A stretch of DNA of 64,000 nucleotides from Desulfomonilia bacterium. GTDB taxonomy: Bacteria; Desulfobacterota; Desulfomonilia; UBA1062. This document shows positions 1 to 10,286 of this stretch, in pieces. The position numbers and the translations under genes are program-made. The stretch's first letter is position 1; each line of letters starts with the position of its first letter. The stretch is taken from positions 64,001 to 128,000 of the forward strand of contig JBEKDT010000013.1 of assembly GCA_050014195.1 (NCBI GenBank), in the 5' to 3' direction. A model generated the notes under the pieces. It was given only the letters and a program-made list of their open reading frames with translations. It was not told where the DNA came from and did not search any database.

Positions 1-598
1 CGATCTGCCTAGCGACATCACCGGTGAAGGTGGGAGTCAACACCTCGTCGTCAACGACCCGGATCTCATCTCTTTCATTGCCCAGTTTCAGCATCAGCTT
101 GACGAAGTTGTTTCCGCCTTTTGCGCGGCAAGGGTTTGCACCGTAAAGTCCCGATACCCTGACAACAAAGTGTTTCTTCGCCATCGTCCTTACAAAGGAC
201 TCGCCGGCAAGCTTGCTGTTCCCGTACGCGTTGAGGGGAAGGGGATAATCGGTCTCTACGTAGGGCGCCTTTTTTTTGCCGTCGAATACGTAGTCAGTGC
301 TCAGGTAAAACAGGATAGCATCGAGCTCGTTGGCTATCAGAGACAGATTCCTCGCCCCCAGCCCGTTCACCTGGAATGACTTCAAGGGGTCGTCCTCGCA
401 CTTCTCCACATTGTGCATGGCAGCAGTATTCACGATCACACCCGCATCAGCCTGCTGTAAGGCGGTCCTTATAGATGCATAGTCTGCAATATCGATAGTT
501 TCATGGTTCAATGGAATTACATCGCGGCCGCCGGCTGAGAATGCTGCACACACATCACACCCCAGTTGACCGTTTGCTCCGATCACGGCTACTCTCAT
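1..598 (-). CDS. rfbD: dTDP-4-dehydrorhamnose reductase (runs off left edge)
   Basis: Not in ORF track. Manual translation from ATG at 598 gives MRVAVIGANGQLG...PLNAYGNSKLAGE...VVDDEVLTPT, all RmlD motifs. Confidence 0.9.
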   Translation of the reverse strand, partial: MRVAVIGANGQLGCDVCAAFSAGGRDVIPLNHETIDIADYASIRTALQQADAGVIVNTAAMHNVEKCEDDPLKSFQVNGLGARNLSLIANELDAILFYLSTDYVFDGKKKAPYVETDYPLPLNAYGNSKLAGESFVRTMAKKHFVVRVSGLYGANPCRAKGGNNFVKLMLKLGNERDEIRVVDDEVLTPTFTGDVARQI

Positions 599-602
599 AT
601 TC

Positions 603-1568
603 TTATCTCTTAGCCTCGTCCATCATCTTGAAAACTTTAATATTGTAGTAGTTGGGGTTGTCCACGTCTTTGAACTTTTCCATATTTTCCGCCAGGTTTT
701 TTACGATGTCCTTGACAGTGTATCGCGGGTTGAAGCTCAAGACGTTGCGTGCCTTTTCCAGGCTGACCTTGTAGTTCCTGAAGTCCTCCAGAAACTTGAT
801 GTTCAATTTGGCATCAATACCCAGATGCTCCTTGACTCCTTCTCTGACATAGTCGGCTATCTCGCCGATGGTATAGTTGGCGGATGCCACGTTGAATATG
901 CCGGAAAGATGGTAATCCGCATCGATGGAGCGTATGTATGCCGAGGCTGCATCCCGGATATCCAGCATGGGCCTCCAGATCGAGGCATTGTTGACCGTGA
1001 TCGTTCTGTCTGCGATGGCGCTCTTGAACATGGTGTTCACCACCAGGTCCAGACGCATCCTTGGACTGTAACCGCTGATAGTACCTTTTCGCAGGCAGAT
1101 GGCAGAGAATGTATCGTCCTGAAGGCTCAGGCAGGCAAACTCCCCCTGGAGCTTGGAGATTCCATAGGGATAGCTGGATACGGCAAGAGAATCCTCGTCG
1201 CAGAGCTTATCAACGGAATAGCCGTAAACCGAACATGAGCTCCCGAAAATGAAGCGTTTGATTCCGGCTTTCTTGGATATATATGCAAGATAGGCAGGTG
1301 TTGCGGCATTACCCGTGAAGTTCTGGGACGGAGAATATTCAGCCATAGGGTCATTGGACAGTCCGCCAAGGAAGACCACCTGATCGTACCCTGTGATATC
1401 CTTCTCTCCCAGTGACATGATATCCCGTTTCATGACATTGACTTCCTTGGGCAGATGGTTCCCGAACCACAATAAATCGACAACATCCACCTGGTAATCG
1501 CGTTCCAAGAGACGAGGTACCAAGACCGACCCGACATAGCCGGCTCCGCCTGCAACCAGTATCTTCAT
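603..1568 (-). CDS. NAD-dependent sugar epimerase/dehydratase (extended SDR)
   Basis: GGAGYVG, SSCSVYG, YGISK (YxxxK). Confidence 0.9.
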   Translation of the reverse strand: MKILVAGGAGYVGSVLVPRLLERDYQVDVVDLLWFGNHLPKEVNVMKRDIMSLGEKDITGYDQVVFLGGLSNDPMAEYSPSQNFTGNAATPAYLAYISKKAGIKRFIFGSSCSVYGYSVDKLCDEDSLAVSSYPYGISKLQGEFACLSLQDDTFSAICLRKGTISGYSPRMRLDLVVNTMFKSAIADRTITVNNASIWRPMLDIRDAASAYIRSIDADYHLSGIFNVASANYTIGEIADYVREGVKEHLGIDAKLNIKFLEDFRNYKVSLEKARNVLSFNPRYTVKDIVKNLAENMEKFKDVDNPNYYNIKVFKMMDEAKR

Positions 1569-1635
1569 TGTCTAAACTCCTTTTGGGATTTCAATTATGT
1601 TTCGAGCGCTTTTTAGCCCGCGAGTATCAGCGCCT

Positions 1636-2202
1636 CTAGTAGGGAAAGAAGCGCGACTCATCTCTCTGCAGCCAATCTGCCAGGGTCTGCGCGGACTGGT
1701 CCTTCTGGGATAGGATTGGGGTTTGTGTCGGCCACTTGATCCCGATCGCCGGATCGTCCCAGCGGATACCCGATTCAGCCTTATTACTGTATATACCCGT
1801 ACAGAGATACTGTACTTCCGCATAATCACTGAGCACACAGAAACCCCTGGCGCAACCGGCAGGCGCCCAGACCTGCAGCCGGTTCTCGCTGGATGCCTCG
1901 ACCCCGAACCATTTCCCCAAGGTGGGAGACCCCTTGCGGATGTCGACAGCTACGAGAAAGGCCTTCCCGTTTGTTACCCGCATCAGCTTACCCATTGGCG
2001 GGTCCCATTGAAAATGCAGCCCTCGGACGATGTCTTTCGCTGAGCCTGAATGGTTGAGTTGAACAAAAACCTCGGGGAGACCCAGCGCCTTGAATTTGTC
2101 CTGGCGGTATACCTCGCTGAAGAAGCCCCGGTGGTCCCCGAAGACTTCCGGTTTGACGATGATTACGTCCCGTATCGGCGTTTTCTCAACAGTGAACTCC
2201 AT
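1636..2202 (-). CDS. rfbC: dTDP-4-dehydrorhamnose 3,5-epimerase
   Basis: FGDHRGFF, VRGLHFQ, VDIRKGSPT, GIRWDDP; AGGAGG RBS upstream. Confidence 0.95.
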   Translation of the reverse strand: MEFTVEKTPIRDVIIVKPEVFGDHRGFFSEVYRQDKFKALGLPEVFVQLNHSGSAKDIVRGLHFQWDPPMGKLMRVTNGKAFLVAVDIRKGSPTLGKWFGVEASSENRLQVWAPAGCARGFCVLSDYAEVQYLCTGIYSNKAESGIRWDDPAIGIKWPTQTPILSQKDQSAQTLADWLQRDESRFFPY

Positions 2203-2271
2203 GAATCTTTCCTCCTACGTATTAAAGGACTTCGAGATAGTCTGATGTATATATGTGAGCATTACTTTTTA

Positions 2272-2438
2272 TCCATCCTGCACGGCTTGTGTCTGATCGT
2301 TTCTCAGCACGCTTGTCATGTTGTTGTTTCAAGTAACCTCGCATGCCCCCGTCTTATATGGGAAGACCGTATAGTCCCACCGCTAGCTGATAAAACCGAG
2401 ATCCTTAATTTAGCGGTCTCACCGCCATCCAGGATGAA
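2272..2438 (-). ncRNA. candidate structured 5' leader RNA upstream of rfbC
   Basis: Nested complementarity on minus strand (UUCAUCCUG/CAGGAUGGA, AUGGC/GCCGU, inner stems); mismatches are G-U only on the transcribed strand. Confidence 0.4.
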
Positions 2439-2462
2439 TTGTACTGCAAATCCAATATATAC

Positions 2463-2491
2463 AGTTTATTATAGGATCCATTTCTTGTCAA
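2463..2491 (-). promoter_or_regulatory. sigma70-type promoter for rfbC-epimerase-rfbD
   Basis: Minus strand TTGACA (2491-2486), 17 nt spacer, TAAACT (2468-2463). Confidence 0.6.
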
Positions 2492-2557
2492 GCGCCCGTG
2501 CTTCTCTTCGTCGGGGCAGGTCAAAGCAGAGAGGGAAAGGCTCCTTAAGTTGTACTG

Positions 2558-3241
2558 CTATGGTTCCCATATAACGTTATCCTTGATCTTTCTTGCCGGT
2601 ACACCGGCAACCATGGTATGGGCTTCCACATCCTTTGTCACAACCGAATGCGCTCCGACTATGGAGCCTTCTCCTATGGTAACTCCCTTGAGAATGGTCA
2701 CGTTGTGCCCGACCCAGCAATGGTCTTTGATTATGATCTCTTTTGCGATGTCCTGAGGTGTCTCACCGGCGAAGGCATGTTTATGCATATCGCAATCCAA
2801 TATTGTTGTGTTCATGGCAATATGACAATGTTCCCCAATCCTTACTCCGCCTTTTGATATTATACTTGTTGGACCGTTTATCACAGTACCATTACCGATC
2901 ATCACAGTCGAATTCTGCGCTCCAATGGCAGCGTGAGGATGTAATTTAACACTGCCCATGATATGTAGGGTAGAGTTGTCCAGACCAATACCACAAACGC
3001 CTTTTGATTCAAAAACTGTGTCGTAACCTACAGATAAGACACCATTCTCCACAATTATCCTTGAGTTGTGAATATTTAGGCGAGTTGAAGGATGTATTCT
3101 GATACCTGAATTCCCAATGAGTACAATGTTACTGCCGTAGAAAAACCTGAAAAAGAACCGATTGTACAGTCTATCATAGGCATGGCTCACCAGCCTTGGC
3201 TGTAACCGAAGCAGCTTTAGGAGAGACTCCCGATAACTCAT
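2558..3241 (-). CDS. hexapeptide-repeat sugar O-acetyltransferase
   Basis: IKDHCWVGHNVTILKGVTIGEGSIVGAHSVVTKDV...AGVPAR. Confidence 0.9.
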   Translation of the reverse strand: MSYRESLLKLLRLQPRLVSHAYDRLYNRFFFRFFYGSNIVLIGNSGIRIHPSTRLNIHNSRIIVENGVLSVGYDTVFESKGVCGIGLDNSTLHIMGSVKLHPHAAIGAQNSTVMIGNGTVINGPTSIISKGGVRIGEHCHIAMNTTILDCDMHKHAFAGETPQDIAKEIIIKDHCWVGHNVTILKGVTIGEGSIVGAHSVVTKDVEAHTMVAGVPARKIKDNVIWEP

Positions 3242-3502
3242 ATGATCACCATTACCCCAGATTACCTAAATTGAAGTTGTAGTGAGTAAATAGATGGAAC
3301 ATGATAATAGCTAAGGCCGAGATTCCACGCAAAGCTGATATGTATTCAGAACATTTAATGTTGGTTTCCGCCATACGGTATTTCCTCAAAAAGTGTGTAA
3401 AAGTCTCCTTATCTGGTGGATATATGCTGCTCTATATTGTATGACATCCATACATTTCCTAAATATAATAAGTTTGAGTTGTTGAAAAAAGGTGCGCCTC
3501 AC

Positions 3503-4492
3503 ATGATAAAAAGTATTCAATCCCTTCGTGCAATTGCTGCTATCAGTGTTGTCCTTTTCCACTGCGGTGCAAAAATTGCTGAGATATCTCCTGGAGTACA
3601 TTACAATCTATTTCACTTGTTTGATAGTGGGGTGGATCTCTTTTACATAATAAGCGGGTTTGTCATACCGCTTTCAATAAAATCAAACTCTTCAGACAGT
3701 GCCTGGAGATTCCTGATACATCGATTCATCCGGATTGTTCCTCTCTACTGGTTTACTACATCCCTTTTCATTGGATTATTACTTTTTTCCCCTCATATCT
3801 TTCAAACCTATAAGTTTGATTTCTGGCATAGTATATATTCATATCTTTTCTTGCCCCAATTACGTCGCCCAGTAATAAGTATTGGTTGGACCCTTGTATA
3901 TTTAATGTATTTTTATATAGTATTCGCTCTCACTCTTGCGATAGTCGGTAAGTCAAAGGTAAACTGGTTAATATTTGTATTCGTATGTTCTTACTTAATC
4001 GGCCTGTATTTTCCTTATTATAAAAGATATCCCGCATTTGAGTTGATAACTTCAGAACTGCTTTTAGAGTTTGGCATGGGTTTATTATTTTATTTCCTCT
4101 ATCAAAAGAATATTAGGATCAACTTTACGGTAGCAGCAGGGATGATAATATCAGGCATATTCTTATGTTATTTGTTGCAAGGTATGCCTCGGTTATACAG
4201 CTATGGCATGCCTATGGCGCTCATTTTCTGCGGAGTTGTTTTAAGCCCGAAAGAACTTCTCAATGTAACTTTACTCCAATACATGGGTAATTTATCTTAT
4301 TCTCTTTATTTAGTACAGGTCTTCACCGTACCGGCTTGCGGTATATTGACTAAAAAACTATCATTTAATCCTGTGGGCCTTTCGATTCCCTATTTTATTT
4401 TCTACTTATGTGTGACAGTATTCGCAGGCATGGTTTTATATATTCTTATTGAAAGACCTGCCACGAACTATCTCAGAAAATGTTTTTACTAA
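3503..4492 (+). CDS. membrane acyltransferase family 3 (OafA-like)
   Basis: IQSLRAIAA..VVLFH, GVDLFYIISGF, RFIRIVPLYW, SYSLYL, IERP; start moved to ATG 3503. Confidence 0.9.
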   Translation: MIKSIQSLRAIAAISVVLFHCGAKIAEISPGVHYNLFHLFDSGVDLFYIISGFVIPLSIKSNSSDSAWRFLIHRFIRIVPLYWFTTSLFIGLLLFSPHIFQTYKFDFWHSIYSYLFLPQLRRPVISIGWTLVYLMYFYIVFALTLAIVGKSKVNWLIFVFVCSYLIGLYFPYYKRYPAFELITSELLLEFGMGLLFYFLYQKNIRINFTVAAGMIISGIFLCYLLQGMPRLYSYGMPMALIFCGVVLSPKELLNVTLLQYMGNLSYSLYLVQVFTVPACGILTKKLSFNPVGLSIPYFIFYLCVTVFAGMVLYILIERPATNYLRKCFY

Positions 4493-4586
4493 GGCTATGG
4501 AAGTTTTTTTGAGGTTAACTTTCAAGAATATTCTTGTTAAGCCGTTTTCAACATATAATTGCACGCCCATTCCATTATCAGTTCCA

Positions 4587-5591
4587 TCATCTCCTTGAAT
4601 CCAAGACTTCCTCAAATAACTGTTTATAACCTTCAACCATCTGATCCAGCCGGAACATTCTTACGGCCTTATCGCGGTTATATTCACCCATCTCTTTTCT
4701 AAGTGAGGGATTGGCTGCAAGGAAGTTGATTTTTTCTGCAAATGCACCAACGTCTCCAACAGGGCATAGATAGCCGCCTTCTCCGTTATCAACAAGCTCC
4801 GGTATAGAGGAACAGTCGCTCGCCACCACCGGTAGTGCTGTTGCCATGGCTTCCGCTACACTAAGACCGAATCCTTCACGAACCGTGGGCATGAGGAGGA
4901 TGTCCATCTCGCGATATCTATCCGGCATGTTCTCATAGGTGACTGCACCTATGGGTTGCAGATTCGGTGCGGCAGGGATGTCATTTTTTCCCCGAAGCCC
5001 CTGGGTGTAATAGATCGTGATGTTCTTGTCCAGACGTTGTGCAATTTCCGGAAGCCATTGCGCGCCCTTGCGGAGACTAATATTCCCCGAGAAAAATACC
5101 TTTATTTCTCTTTGGGGGGAGGCAGGGCGTATTGGTGGGGTAAAACGGTCAGTGTCGATTCCATCGTATATCACCCTGATGGGTTTGGAAATCCGAAGGT
5201 CTTCTTGTGCGATCGCGGCGGTATAGTGGCTCACTGCAGTTATTGCATCCGCATGATTGAGTGATATCCATGTGAACAGGCGAAGATCGGTGGAGTAATG
5301 AACACGTTGGGCCCATGTGCTGTAAGAATGCATCCAGTGGTCAAGGACATAGTTGTGAAGTGTGAGTACTAAAGGGACGTTTCTCTTTTGAAAGAACAAC
5401 CCATAATCCGGGTTTGTATGAATAAGGGCTGCGCCCTTTGTTGGGGCGGCCATTCTTAGGGCAAACGGGAATAGCGTCCAATAGGGGTGATATGATACGA
5501 CCCGATAGTTCGGCAGATGAGCTTCCAGAAGTTTGTGCACTACATATGCCCCATTCCCCCAGCCCATAGGTGAAATAATCTTGGGATTCAT
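4587..5591 (-). CDS. glycosyltransferase family 4
   Basis: EGFGLSVAEAMATALPVVAS (EX7E). Confidence 0.9.
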   Translation of the reverse strand: MNPKIISPMGWGNGAYVVHKLLEAHLPNYRVVSYHPYWTLFPFALRMAAPTKGAALIHTNPDYGLFFQKRNVPLVLTLHNYVLDHWMHSYSTWAQRVHYSTDLRLFTWISLNHADAITAVSHYTAAIAQEDLRISKPIRVIYDGIDTDRFTPPIRPASPQREIKVFFSGNISLRKGAQWLPEIAQRLDKNITIYYTQGLRGKNDIPAAPNLQPIGAVTYENMPDRYREMDILLMPTVREGFGLSVAEAMATALPVVASDCSSIPELVDNGEGGYLCPVGDVGAFAEKINFLAANPSLRKEMGEYNRDKAVRMFRLDQMVEGYKQLFEEVLDSRR

Positions 5592-5686
5592 CGGTACGAT
5601 CTTATGGTTGTTTAGTATACACCTAAGTACAAGGTGAAGAGGCTGCTATTTTTTGGTAACCCGGCATGCAGAAGAAACCAGGTTTG

Positions 5687-6553
5687 TCAGTATTTGACAA
5701 GATTCTTCAAATACCGACCGTATCCTGTATTCTTCATCGGTTCGGCAATCTTCAACAGCTTTTCAGTGTCTATATACCCGAGGAGATATGCAATCTCCTC
5801 TACACAGGCTATCTTCAGGCCTTGCCTTCTCTCGATAGTCTCGATAAACATGCCCGCTTCGAGAAGCGATTCATGAGTGCCCGTATCCAGCCATGCATAT
5901 CCTCTTCCCAGCTTTTCAACCTGAAATTCGCCCATCCGGAGGTAGGCCCTGTTTACATCGGTTATCTCAAGCTCTCCCCGCTTGGACGGTTTGAGGTTTT
6001 TTGCAATGTCCAGGACTTGATTGTCGTAGAAGTACAGTCCTGTTACGGCCCAGTTTGATTTCGGGCTGGCAGGTTTTTCAACGATTTCGATGGGATTACC
6101 TGATTCATCGAAGCTAACGACACCGTAGCGTTCGGGATCATTAACCCAATATCCAAAGACAAGACATCCTTTCTTTAAAGAACCGGAACTCTGAAGTTTG
6201 TTATATAAACCACTGCCATAGAAGATATTGTCACCAAGCACCAGGCAGACATTATCATTCCTGACAAAATTGCGGCCTAAGATGAATGCCTGTGCGATAC
6301 CCTCCGGTTTAGGCTGTTCTTCAAAGGAAAATGATATCCCCCACTGAGAGCCATCACCCAGCAATTCTTCAAATCGTGGAAGGTCGGCCGGGGTTGAAAT
6401 TATGAGAATGTCCCGAATCCCTGCCAGCATAAGTACTGAGAGGGGGTAGTATATCATCGGTTTATCGAATATAGGTAAAAGCTGTTTGCTGATTACCTTG
6501 GTTATCGGGTAGAGGCGCGTACCTGAACCCCCGGCCAGGATAATTCCTTTCAT
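5687..6553 (-). CDS. rfbA: glucose-1-phosphate thymidylyltransferase
   Basis: [38 protein letters not shown]; GGAGG RBS before ATG 6553. Confidence 0.97.
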   Translation of the reverse strand: MKGIILAGGSGTRLYPITKVISKQLLPIFDKPMIYYPLSVLMLAGIRDILIISTPADLPRFEELLGDGSQWGISFSFEEQPKPEGIAQAFILGRNFVRNDNVCLVLGDNIFYGSGLYNKLQSSGSLKKGCLVFGYWVNDPERYGVVSFDESGNPIEIVEKPASPKSNWAVTGLYFYDNQVLDIAKNLKPSKRGELEITDVNRAYLRMGEFQVEKLGRGYAWLDTGTHESLLEAGMFIETIERRQGLKIACVEEIAYLLGYIDTEKLLKIAEPMKNTGYGRYLKNLVKY

Positions 6554-6619
6554 GTTACCTCCTGGTTTGATCAAAGATCAGAAAGTCTATCATCATGATC
6601 TATCTTAAGGAAATGAATG

Positions 6620-7495
6620 CTATCCCCGCTTGTTTTTTATTTCCAAAGGGAACCAGCATAAGAAGAAGGCCGTGATCGGTATAAGGTTGCGGTATCTTAA
6701 TGAACGAATGATTGAGCGGGATGATAGATAGAGCATTCTCCCTATGATGAAGAGAGGAAGCTCATGCAAGTGCTCCCAGGTTTTCAATGCCATCAGGATA
6801 TGTCCGCGCGAGACATGATATTCATAAAATAACCCACCTTGAGATGAAGAGCCGATGCCCTCGTGAATAATGTGGATGCCAACCGCGCTGTATATTTTAA
6901 GTCCCTTACTATGCAGCCTCCACGACAAGAAAGCATCCTCACCATACATGAAGAAATCTTCATCGAATAAGAGTTCTCGATCTATAAGGCTTCTTCTGAA
7001 TAATAGGCAGGAGCCGCTAAGAAAGGCAAAGCAAAATGGTCTTTCTTTAAGTGTGACGCTACCGAACAGCTTATTGTACCAGAAGTAACCTATTTCACCA
7101 TGTCCGGTCACTATCCGCGGTGCTATCAAAGAAATATCAGGGTTCTGGTCCATTTTATCCAGCAGTTTTCGGACCATATCCGGAGTTGCTTCAGTATCGT
7201 TGTTCAAAAGCATATAAAAGTCATGGCCCCCGAATTCCTTGATATCGTGTTCCAAGGCTTTATTCATTGCCTTGCCGAATCCAAGATTCTCATCATTGAA
7301 AAGGAGCCTGAGTTCCGCATGAGAAACTGTATTGGAGAACTTCTCAACCAGTTTTGTGAGCTTTTGTGCTTCAGGGCCGGAAGCTGAATTGTCCACGATA
7401 TAAATGGTGTCGAGGAGCTGATTTACAAGTGATCTGATACACTTCTCTGTTTTATGCACACCGAAATAATTAAGAACGATTGCGCAGACTTTCAT
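6620..7495 (-). CDS. glycosyltransferase family 2 (rhamnosyltransferase-like)
   Basis: VDN, NLGFG, LLNND, FDEDFFMYGED. Confidence 0.88.
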   Translation of the reverse strand: MKVCAIVLNYFGVHKTEKCIRSLVNQLLDTIYIVDNSASGPEAQKLTKLVEKFSNTVSHAELRLLFNDENLGFGKAMNKALEHDIKEFGGHDFYMLLNNDTEATPDMVRKLLDKMDQNPDISLIAPRIVTGHGEIGYFWYNKLFGSVTLKERPFCFAFLSGSCLLFRRSLIDRELLFDEDFFMYGEDAFLSWRLHSKGLKIYSAVGIHIIHEGIGSSSQGGLFYEYHVSRGHILMALKTWEHLHELPLFIIGRMLYLSSRSIIRSLRYRNLIPITAFFLCWFPLEIKNKRG

Positions 7496-7586
7496 TCAGT
7501 GAGTTTTCTCCCACGTATTATATGCTTCTTCAAAAACATCTTAAAACAGTACTTCTAAATTTCCCAAAGACATCGTTTTTTGATAT

Positions 7587-8783
7587 CTATTTCTGAACAA
7601 TCAGATTTTTATAAATTTCAATAAGTTCTTTGGCTTTTGTATCCCAGGAGTAGTTGTTTTCCACAAAGCGTCTAGCGTTTTTACCCATTTCTCTTCGTAG
7701 ACGTTCATCCCTCAGAAGGATCGTGATGCTTTCGGCAAGCTGGGTGGGGTCAGCAGGATCAACTAGAAACCCATTCTCTCCATCTTTAATAATGTCGAGG
7801 ATACCACCGACCCTGGAACCTATACAGGGTTTCTCACAAGCCATAGCCTCGAGCAGTGTCACTCCAAGACCTTCCGTGGTACCATCCCTATCGATTATGG
7901 AAGGCTGAACATAGATATCCGCCAGTGAAAAATATTTGGAAATGAGATTTCCGGGTATGTGACCAAGAAAGGTGACTCTATCAGATAGATTCATTTTCTG
8001 AACCTTGGTTGTCAATTCTTGATAAAGGGTGCCTTCACCCCCGATCAGAAGATGGGGCAGGGGGACTTCGTTCATAAGGCTTATTGCATCGATAAGATAT
8101 GTATGGCCTTTCCACTCCACTAATCTTCCGAGTGAAAAGATTATGAATTTATCTCTCGATTTCTCTGGCAGCAGATTTTTATCTTCCTCTTGCATGATAT
8201 GTGGCTGGAATTTCGTGATATCAACGCTGGGCGGGATAATCTTGATACGTTTCGGCTGTGCCGACTTGAGTACATGAGATTGAGTATATGAGCTGTTACA
8301 TATTACATAGTCGACTTGTTCAAGCAGGATTTTTTCAATCTTTGAAAGTGAACGAGTTGTACCCTGATGCATGAAAAGAACTATGGGCTTTCCATACAGT
8401 TTTGCTGCAATAAACCCTGCCAGTCCGGCGATAGACCAATGAGCATTTACAACATCACAATCACGTGCATGGATTATTGCCTGGATAGTGAACAATGCAA
8501 GGAGGATCGGCAGTTGAACCCTGGTCCAGGGAAATTCTCTTATATTATTTGGTATGCCGCTTCCATAACATAATTTTTGGAGAGTCTCCGGGAAAAAGTA
8601 TCTGAAACGGCGAACTTCAATCCCATCGATTACCTCATTGAGAGGGGCACCAGGGTAATGGGGTGTAATAACCCTGACCTTGATACCCTGCTTGGCAAGA
8701 TGCCGGCATTTTTCAAGAACAAACATTCCTGAGATATCGCCTTTACCTAGGGGAAATGAAGTGGTGAGTACGCATACTTTCAT
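7587..8783 (-). CDS. glycosyltransferase family 4
   Basis: GRLVEWKG, TEGLGVTLLEAMAC. Confidence 0.9.
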   Translation of the reverse strand: MKVCVLTTSFPLGKGDISGMFVLEKCRHLAKQGIKVRVITPHYPGAPLNEVIDGIEVRRFRYFFPETLQKLCYGSGIPNNIREFPWTRVQLPILLALFTIQAIIHARDCDVVNAHWSIAGLAGFIAAKLYGKPIVLFMHQGTTRSLSKIEKILLEQVDYVICNSSYTQSHVLKSAQPKRIKIIPPSVDITKFQPHIMQEEDKNLLPEKSRDKFIIFSLGRLVEWKGHTYLIDAISLMNEVPLPHLLIGGEGTLYQELTTKVQKMNLSDRVTFLGHIPGNLISKYFSLADIYVQPSIIDRDGTTEGLGVTLLEAMACEKPCIGSRVGGILDIIKDGENGFLVDPADPTQLAESITILLRDERLRREMGKNARRFVENNYSWDTKAKELIEIYKNLIVQK

Positions 8784-8848
8784 AAAACGATATCTCTTGA
8801 ATTAAACACGTTTATCAGCTGGAGCACTTGAGTACAAAAGAAAGAGGG

Positions 8849-9802
8849 TTATTTCCCTTTGAGATCTTTATTCGCTTCCATGTCGAACCACATGGCAAAA
8901 AGAATAAATAGGCTTGCAGACATGAACGAGAACATAGCAGCCAAGGCATTTAACGGTGGGATTCGTCCGAATTCGACCCAGACCCAGATGAGCCTTATAA
9001 AAAGGATGATCGTGAGAAAATTAAACATAATACCTATGGTATAAAAGAAAATGAGGGGGTGAAAATCACGTATGATGTACTTCTCCTTCATCCTCCACAA
9101 GAACATATTCAGCAACAGCCAACTTATTGTGAACATTACCTTAAGTATATTTATACTCGACCTTTCTCCTACATTGTAAACTGGTTCGATCGGGATGTCC
9201 GCAACACGAAAGTTGTAGACATTGAGCCGCACCAAGAGATCATTAGGCTGTCCGAATCGTTTGTACATCTTGTCCCAGTCAATGAGATGAAGTGCCCTCT
9301 TATTGATCACCGTGTACCCCGATTGGAAGTCTGCCACATGCCAATAACCGGATGCTATTTTGGTGAACAGGGAAAGTAAGGCATTTCCATAATACCTGAC
9401 CCTTGGGATTTTCTTATATGCCTCGCCGGTAAAGAGCCGATTACCCTTGGAGTAGTCGGCCTTGTCTTCCACCACCGGGTCGAGCAGGGCAGGGAGGTCG
9501 TCAGGATTCATCTGACCGTCACCTGCCATGACAGCTGCCGCATCGTATCCATTATCGCGGGCCCACTTATAACCGGAGGCGATGGCGCCGCCAACGCCCT
9601 GATTCTTATCATGAGCAATGAGTTCAAGCTTGGAATTATTTTGTTTATACCCCTTGATAATCTCTACTGTATGGTCTTTGCTGCTGTCATCGATGATGAC
9701 CATCTTGTCCACATATGATGGCATCGTCTCAATGACATTTCCAATCTGGGTCTCTTCATTATATGCCGGAATCACAACGCAGATTCTTTTGTCTTTGTAC
9801 AT
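8849..9802 (-). CDS. GT2 polyprenyl-phosphate glycosyltransferase-like with two C-terminal TM helices
   Basis: VIPAYNEE, IDDSSKD, MAGDGQ, KGNR, DFQSGY; hydrophobic C-terminus. Confidence 0.85.
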   Translation of the reverse strand: MYKDKRICVVIPAYNEETQIGNVIETMPSYVDKMVIIDDSSKDHTVEIIKGYKQNNSKLELIAHDKNQGVGGAIASGYKWARDNGYDAAAVMAGDGQMNPDDLPALLDPVVEDKADYSKGNRLFTGEAYKKIPRVRYYGNALLSLFTKIASGYWHVADFQSGYTVINKRALHLIDWDKMYKRFGQPNDLLVRLNVYNFRVADIPIEPVYNVGERSSINILKVMFTISWLLLNMFLWRMKEKYIIRDFHPLIFFYTIGIMFNFLTIILFIRLIWVWVEFGRIPPLNALAAMFSFMSASLFILFAMWFDMEANKDLKGK

Positions 9803-9939
9803 GATTTCTCCTGATAAATGGCGTTGGGCACGAAAGTATAAATAAAGGAATTCCTACTACGGGCTGGTCCCTTATGGTCATAGACCAGAACTGATACTAT
9901 TTTACGAATCCCACTCATTCGGCACCTTTCATTGACAAG

Positions 9940-9954
9940 GCAAACTCCGTGCCT
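9940..9954 (-). promoter_or_regulatory. candidate sigma54 (-24/-12) promoter for the leftward GT operon
   Basis: Minus strand AGGCACGGAGTTTGC matches TGGCAC-N5-TTGC with exact GG-N10-GC spacing. Confidence 0.5.
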
Positions 9955-10286
9955 TGCAGGTGAAATAAGTATAATTTCCGAAAAATCCCACAGCAGTCTA
10001 TTCGTTATAATTATCGAGCGAGATCATTAATAATCATTAACGATTATCAAATAGTTTCTCATGAGGAAAGCAGCTTTGTCCAATACTTTTTGAACAAGGT
10101 ATATAAATGAATTCACTTTCATATTGAATGATGCTAACACACATACAGGTGTGTAATATATAGGTTTGTGAATTAATAATGATAAGAGTACCTTTAACTA
10201 AGAAGGATATTGTGAGAATTCATTTTTGCTATCACCCTTCGCAAAGCGGAGGGCCGGAATTATTTTATAACAATTGAGAAAAAGCT

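Noticed and set aside
603-1568. Calling this gene rfbB to complete the rml set
   Set aside because: Lacks RmlB motifs (AAESHVDRS, STDEVYG); left as a generic epimerase/dehydratase
2272-2438. 6S RNA identity for the structured leader
   Set aside because: Similar size, but branched rather than rod-like and not in the usual zapA/ygfA context
2050-2574. 174-aa plus-strand ORF over the rfbC leader
   Set aside because: Antisense to rfbC and its promoter; no recognisable motif
3300-3345. ACGCAAAGC resembling a cyclic di-GMP-I riboswitch
   Set aside because: No GGCAAAC or GAAA-tetraloop stem upstream and no pairing consistent with the motif
10235-10253. Hairpin CCCTTCGC-AAA-GCGGAGGG before paralogue 1
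   Set aside because: Single short stem with no adjacent U-tract or family match; function cannot be supported
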